Source: a bacterium
GTDB taxonomy: Bacteria; Hinthialibacterota; Hinthialibacteria; Hinthialibacterales; Hinthialibacteraceae
NCBI GenBank assembly: GCA_963662285.2
Contig: CAXXMV010000002.1
Coordinates: 704,001 to 768,000, forward strand
Reading direction: 5' to 3'
DNA: 64,000 nt
Program-made: the position numbers and the translations under genes
Shown here: one piece after another, positions 60,680 through 64,000 of the stretch
How the letters are laid out: every line of letters starts with the position of its first letter
Numbering within the stretch: the stretch's first letter is position 1
The notes under the pieces: generated by a model
The model's database searches: none
Seen by the model: the letters and a program-made list of their open reading frames with translations, nothing else
Told to the model about the DNA's origin: nothing

Positions 60680-61906
60680 CTACTTTTCGCCTATGCGCAA
60701 TTTAACATTTTTTCTAGCAAAAAATCTATGTGTAATTCTTTTTCTTTTCATATAAATTGCTTGTGACAACAATTTATATTTACAAAAAATTTTTTCAATC
60801 GGAGTCCGTTTAAAAAAAACAAATCCAACAACCGGCAATATATTAACAAATAACACAGTATATATTTTTTTAAAAAAGGTCATATAAGAAATAATATACT
60901 TGAAAAATATGGAATTTATTATATTCGGATGAATTTTATCAGATTTGTTCTCACATCTTTCAGAAAATGTCTGGGGGAAATATTTATTCCTATTAATTTT
61001 TGTTGACATTGATAAATCATTTAAAAAATTCAAATAATTAATATCGTTATTATATGATCTATCTTCAAAAATACTATTTCTTACATTTAAACATTCAAAA
61101 CCATATTCATATTGCTTAAGAATTAGAGACATATAACTAAGTTTAGATAATTTTGAATACAATAAATCACTATTGGAATTACTAAAAAGGATTGTTTTTA
61201 CATTATCAATTTTCCTTAAAAATAATGCATCAGCTGCAACATTAAATCCGTCACCCCTCATTCCAATAGCATAACGGTAGGGTGATAAATCTTCATGCAT
61301 CTTCATGAATTTTACAAAATGAAAGCCTTTACTATCTAAGTACTGATAGATATCACTGAATAACTTTTGATTTTGATAAATTGGATGAAACTCAACTTCG
61401 ATAATTAATCCTAGAATGTTAGAATCCAAAAGATGATCTGCTCCACTTAAAATATCATATTCGGCTCCTTGAACATCTAATGAAAGAAAATCAGGAGGAG
61501 GAATAGATAGTTTTGTATCAGAATATAACTTATCCAAATTTATTAATTCTAAATCACGTTGTTCTTCAACACATATTGATTCGGATAAAATATAATCATG
61601 ATTAAAATAAAACACATACGAATCTTTATACTCAGGATTAAATTTATAAAGAGAACTAGTGAAACGATCTTTATTGATGTAAAAAATCGCTTTTTTTTCC
61701 GAATCCCCGATGCAATACGGTAAAATATGTAAGTCAGTATTACTGTGTTTATGATATTCCTTTATTTGCTCGATACAGTCGATATCAGCTTCATAAATTA
61801 CATTAACAGTATCCCTTTCAAACGATTTTGGAATTGGAAATCCTTGTGTACCTAGTCTTCCACCGATATGGTGGATCGAAACATGGTTATCAACAATATT
61901 ATCCAT
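60680..61906 (-). CDS. FkbM-family methyltransferase
   Basis: HIGGR, YEAD, SSLY, DFLSLDVQGAEYDIL, EVEF..IY. Confidence 0.9.
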   Translation of the reverse strand: MDNIVDNHVSIHHIGGRLGTQGFPIPKSFERDTVNVIYEADIDCIEQIKEYHKHSNTDLHILPYCIGDSEKKAIFYINKDRFTSSLYKFNPEYKDSYVFYFNHDYILSESICVEEQRDLELINLDKLYSDTKLSIPPPDFLSLDVQGAEYDILSGADHLLDSNILGLIIEVEFHPIYQNQKLFSDIYQYLDSKGFHFVKFMKMHEDLSPYRYAIGMRGDGFNVAADALFLRKIDNVKTILFSNSNSDLLYSKLSKLSYMSLILKQYEYGFECLNVRNSIFEDRSYNNDINYLNFLNDLSMSTKINRNKYFPQTFSERCENKSDKIHPNIINSIFFKYIISYMTFFKKIYTVLFVNILPVVGFVFFKRTPIEKIFCKYKLLSQAIYMKRKRITHRFFARKNVKLRIGEK

Positions 61907-62138
61907 ATAAAACCTTCTTAAGAATTTCCTATTCTTAATATATTAAAATTTGTAAAACTACCTTATTTTATTTCTATTACTTCAGCATTTTGATAAATCA
62001 GTAAAGGATATATTTGAAACAAAATCACGAAATGAATTTGTTCAAAATGTATACGAAATAGTTGGCTCATACTAACAACCAGCAAAACACAAAACACTAT
62101 ACATAGAGAATAGCAAGAATAATAATATCTTGAATATT

Positions 62139-63296
62139 CTATATTTTGAATAAAACTTCATCTAAATCATACGCCCAAAGCCCCCATGAGTGAGAATTGA
62201 AACGTAAAATTTTTTTAGTTTGCCGCATCTCACATGACAATAATTCAATCTGATCATTTCTAACAGCCTTAATCCCTGTTTGAGATTCTAAATCAGATAA
62301 ATATCCATTCCATTCTGCTTCAGGGCTCCAACCGTACTCATGATGTTGGTGATATAACTGAAATGGACTCAATAATACCTTCTCTTTCATATCAAGAAAA
62401 TGAGCCTGAATGCAACTCAATGAATCAATGTTTATGGGCCATGTTTCAATCTCAGGGTATCCCTTAAGTGCAAACCATTTTTTTTTCGCCATGAGTGTGA
62501 AATCTCCGGATGCGCCCATGTGCAACCAGGGAATGGTAGGCGTGATAATATGCTGAATCGCATTTCGAATCAATTGCACTTTATTTACGGATTTAATATT
62601 TTCTATCAATGCCGCCTTATCTTTTTCCTTAATCCAATGAGGCTTTTTTCGAGTGCCAAAAAGAAAACTTAGGAAAGAAAAAGCCTTGCCTACTATCGGA
62701 CATTTTTCCCAGAGATACAGCCTTATCATAGGCAATTGATCTGATAAGTAAACCCCTTCCCGCGTGAAGATTTGCAGAATATTTTCTCTGCAATATTGAA
62801 GGATTTCTTCTAACTTTAGGTTATCTGGAATAGCATTTCCCAGATCGCTTCGATCAATTCTATAAAAGGTATCATCTTTCAGAGAGTTGAGTGCAAGAAA
62901 TCGAAATAATTCGTCGGAGAATAATATATCTACATTCGTCGCAAGGATGAATGGAGACCTTGCTCTACGAATTCCAACGTTTTTGGCTATGAATTGAAAA
63001 AATTGGATCGTATCGGAGTGTTTAAACTGGGAATGAATCTCCTGACTAACTGTAATGATCCTAACGCTAACGAATCTTTTTGATTCCGGCCAGGAAATAG
63101 ATTCATAAAGTGAAGGATAATCAGGCAACGGATTCCATTCCACTAAAATTATTTCAATTGGAAATTGATACTGAGATGCTTGGTAAGAAAGCATTTTGAA
63201 AAATAGGGAGATTCTTTCCAAAAAACCTTTGCCGTGGTCATCATTTCTTGCAGCCACGACAATACTTAATTTTGTTTCCCCTTGGAATTCTGACAT
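62139..63296 (-). CDS. GT-A fold (GT2-like) protein
   Basis: LSIVVAARNDD, LVEWN, AKNVGIRRA..ILATNVD. Confidence 0.75.
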   Translation of the reverse strand: MSEFQGETKLSIVVAARNDDHGKGFLERISLFFKMLSYQASQYQFPIEIILVEWNPLPDYPSLYESISWPESKRFVSVRIITVSQEIHSQFKHSDTIQFFQFIAKNVGIRRARSPFILATNVDILFSDELFRFLALNSLKDDTFYRIDRSDLGNAIPDNLKLEEILQYCRENILQIFTREGVYLSDQLPMIRLYLWEKCPIVGKAFSFLSFLFGTRKKPHWIKEKDKAALIENIKSVNKVQLIRNAIQHIITPTIPWLHMGASGDFTLMAKKKWFALKGYPEIETWPINIDSLSCIQAHFLDMKEKVLLSPFQLYHQHHEYGWSPEAEWNGYLSDLESQTGIKAVRNDQIELLSCEMRQTKKILRFNSHSWGLWAYDLDEVLFKI

Positions 63297-63310
63297 ATTC
63301 TTCCCAATCC

Positions 63311-64000
63311 TCAGTAACGTAATACCCCAAATTCATAGAGCTTATGATAAATAATATGTTTATACATATATCTGCGAATTCCCTTATTGATTTCTTCATT
63401 CGTTACGGGCCTTCCATGTACTCTCTCCCTAATCCAATTCATCTCCATGTTTCCCCTTTCGTTGATAACAGAGGATGTTTTTTGATTAGGATGAATACGA
63501 AAAGCACCTAAAAACCGTGGTAATAAAACAAAATTTGCTCCTGCATCTATAAATCGAGATATCATATCCCAGTCCATCGCAAAATTGAATTTCTCATCCA
63601 GTCCATTTACCTTCTCCCATAAGGAACGACGCCAAAAAATTGTTTCTTGCGGAATAAAATCAGCCCATTTCAATACATCCGGATCATGGGAAGGTAGAAT
63701 CCAACGACCAATTTCCCGATCATATTCATCGATTAATATGCGTTGTCCATAGACCACATCAACTTTTGGATGTTTATAAAAATAATGCGCTATATAGTTT
63801 AATGCACCAGGCATAAGAAGGTCATCGGAATTTAGCCACCCCATAATTTCTCCACTAGACCGCGAAAAGCCAACATTGATAGCATTAGTCTGCCCACTAT
63901 CTTTTTTGGATTCCCAAGAAGTAAGAAATTTATCATACCGTTTCAAAATATCTCTAGTACCATCTGATGAAGCGCCATCTTGTACAATATACTCTAGATT
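63311..64000 (-). CDS. Glycosyltransferase family 2 (5' end beyond the window)
   Basis: YIVQDGASSDG upstream of the tracked ORF, DSGQTNAINVG, WLNSDD, MDWD. Confidence 0.9.
   Translation of the reverse strand, partial: NLEYIVQDGASSDGTRDILKRYDKFLTSWESKKDSGQTNAINVGFSRSSGEIMGWLNSDDLLMPGALNYIAHYFYKHPKVDVVYGQRILIDEYDREIGRWILPSHDPDVLKWADFIPQETIFWRRSLWEKVNGLDEKFNFAMDWDMISRFIDAGANFVLLPRFLGAFRIHPNQKTSSVINERGNMEMNWIRERVHGRPVTNEEINKGIRRYMYKHIIYHKLYEFGVLRY

Overview
Bacterial chromosomal window with two halves. The left half (1-25.8 kb) carries a secreted HEAT-repeat/GH5 pair with an ECF sigma/anti-sigma module, then two very large tandem flagellins (three stacked sigma-28 promoters and CsrA-type GGA hairpins). 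It continues with a DUF2490-like outer-membrane barrel gene split by an ISL3 element and followed by two duplicated chemoreceptors, one with a periplasmic tandem CZB sensor, under matching sigma-54 promoters with upstream palindromes. It ends with a secreted repeat protein ending in VSDWSLF and an EEP-family gene whose 3' end is duplicated around a two-gene insert. A degenerate 3' fragment of tRNA-Ile(CAU) at ~25.8 kb marks the left junction of the right half, an AT-rich, IS-riddled surface-glycan island that runs off the window edge. The island encodes GT-C/TMTC-like, GT2 and GT4 transferases, many methyltransferases, two radical SAM enzymes (one fused to a coiled coil resembling a chain-length ruler), and a nucleotide-sugar module (reversed HldE-like protein, epimerase, HAD, APH-type kinase, split transketolase, Zn-ADH) that suggests an unusual higher-carbon or branched sugar. 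Family calls come from motif recognition only; no database searches were run.
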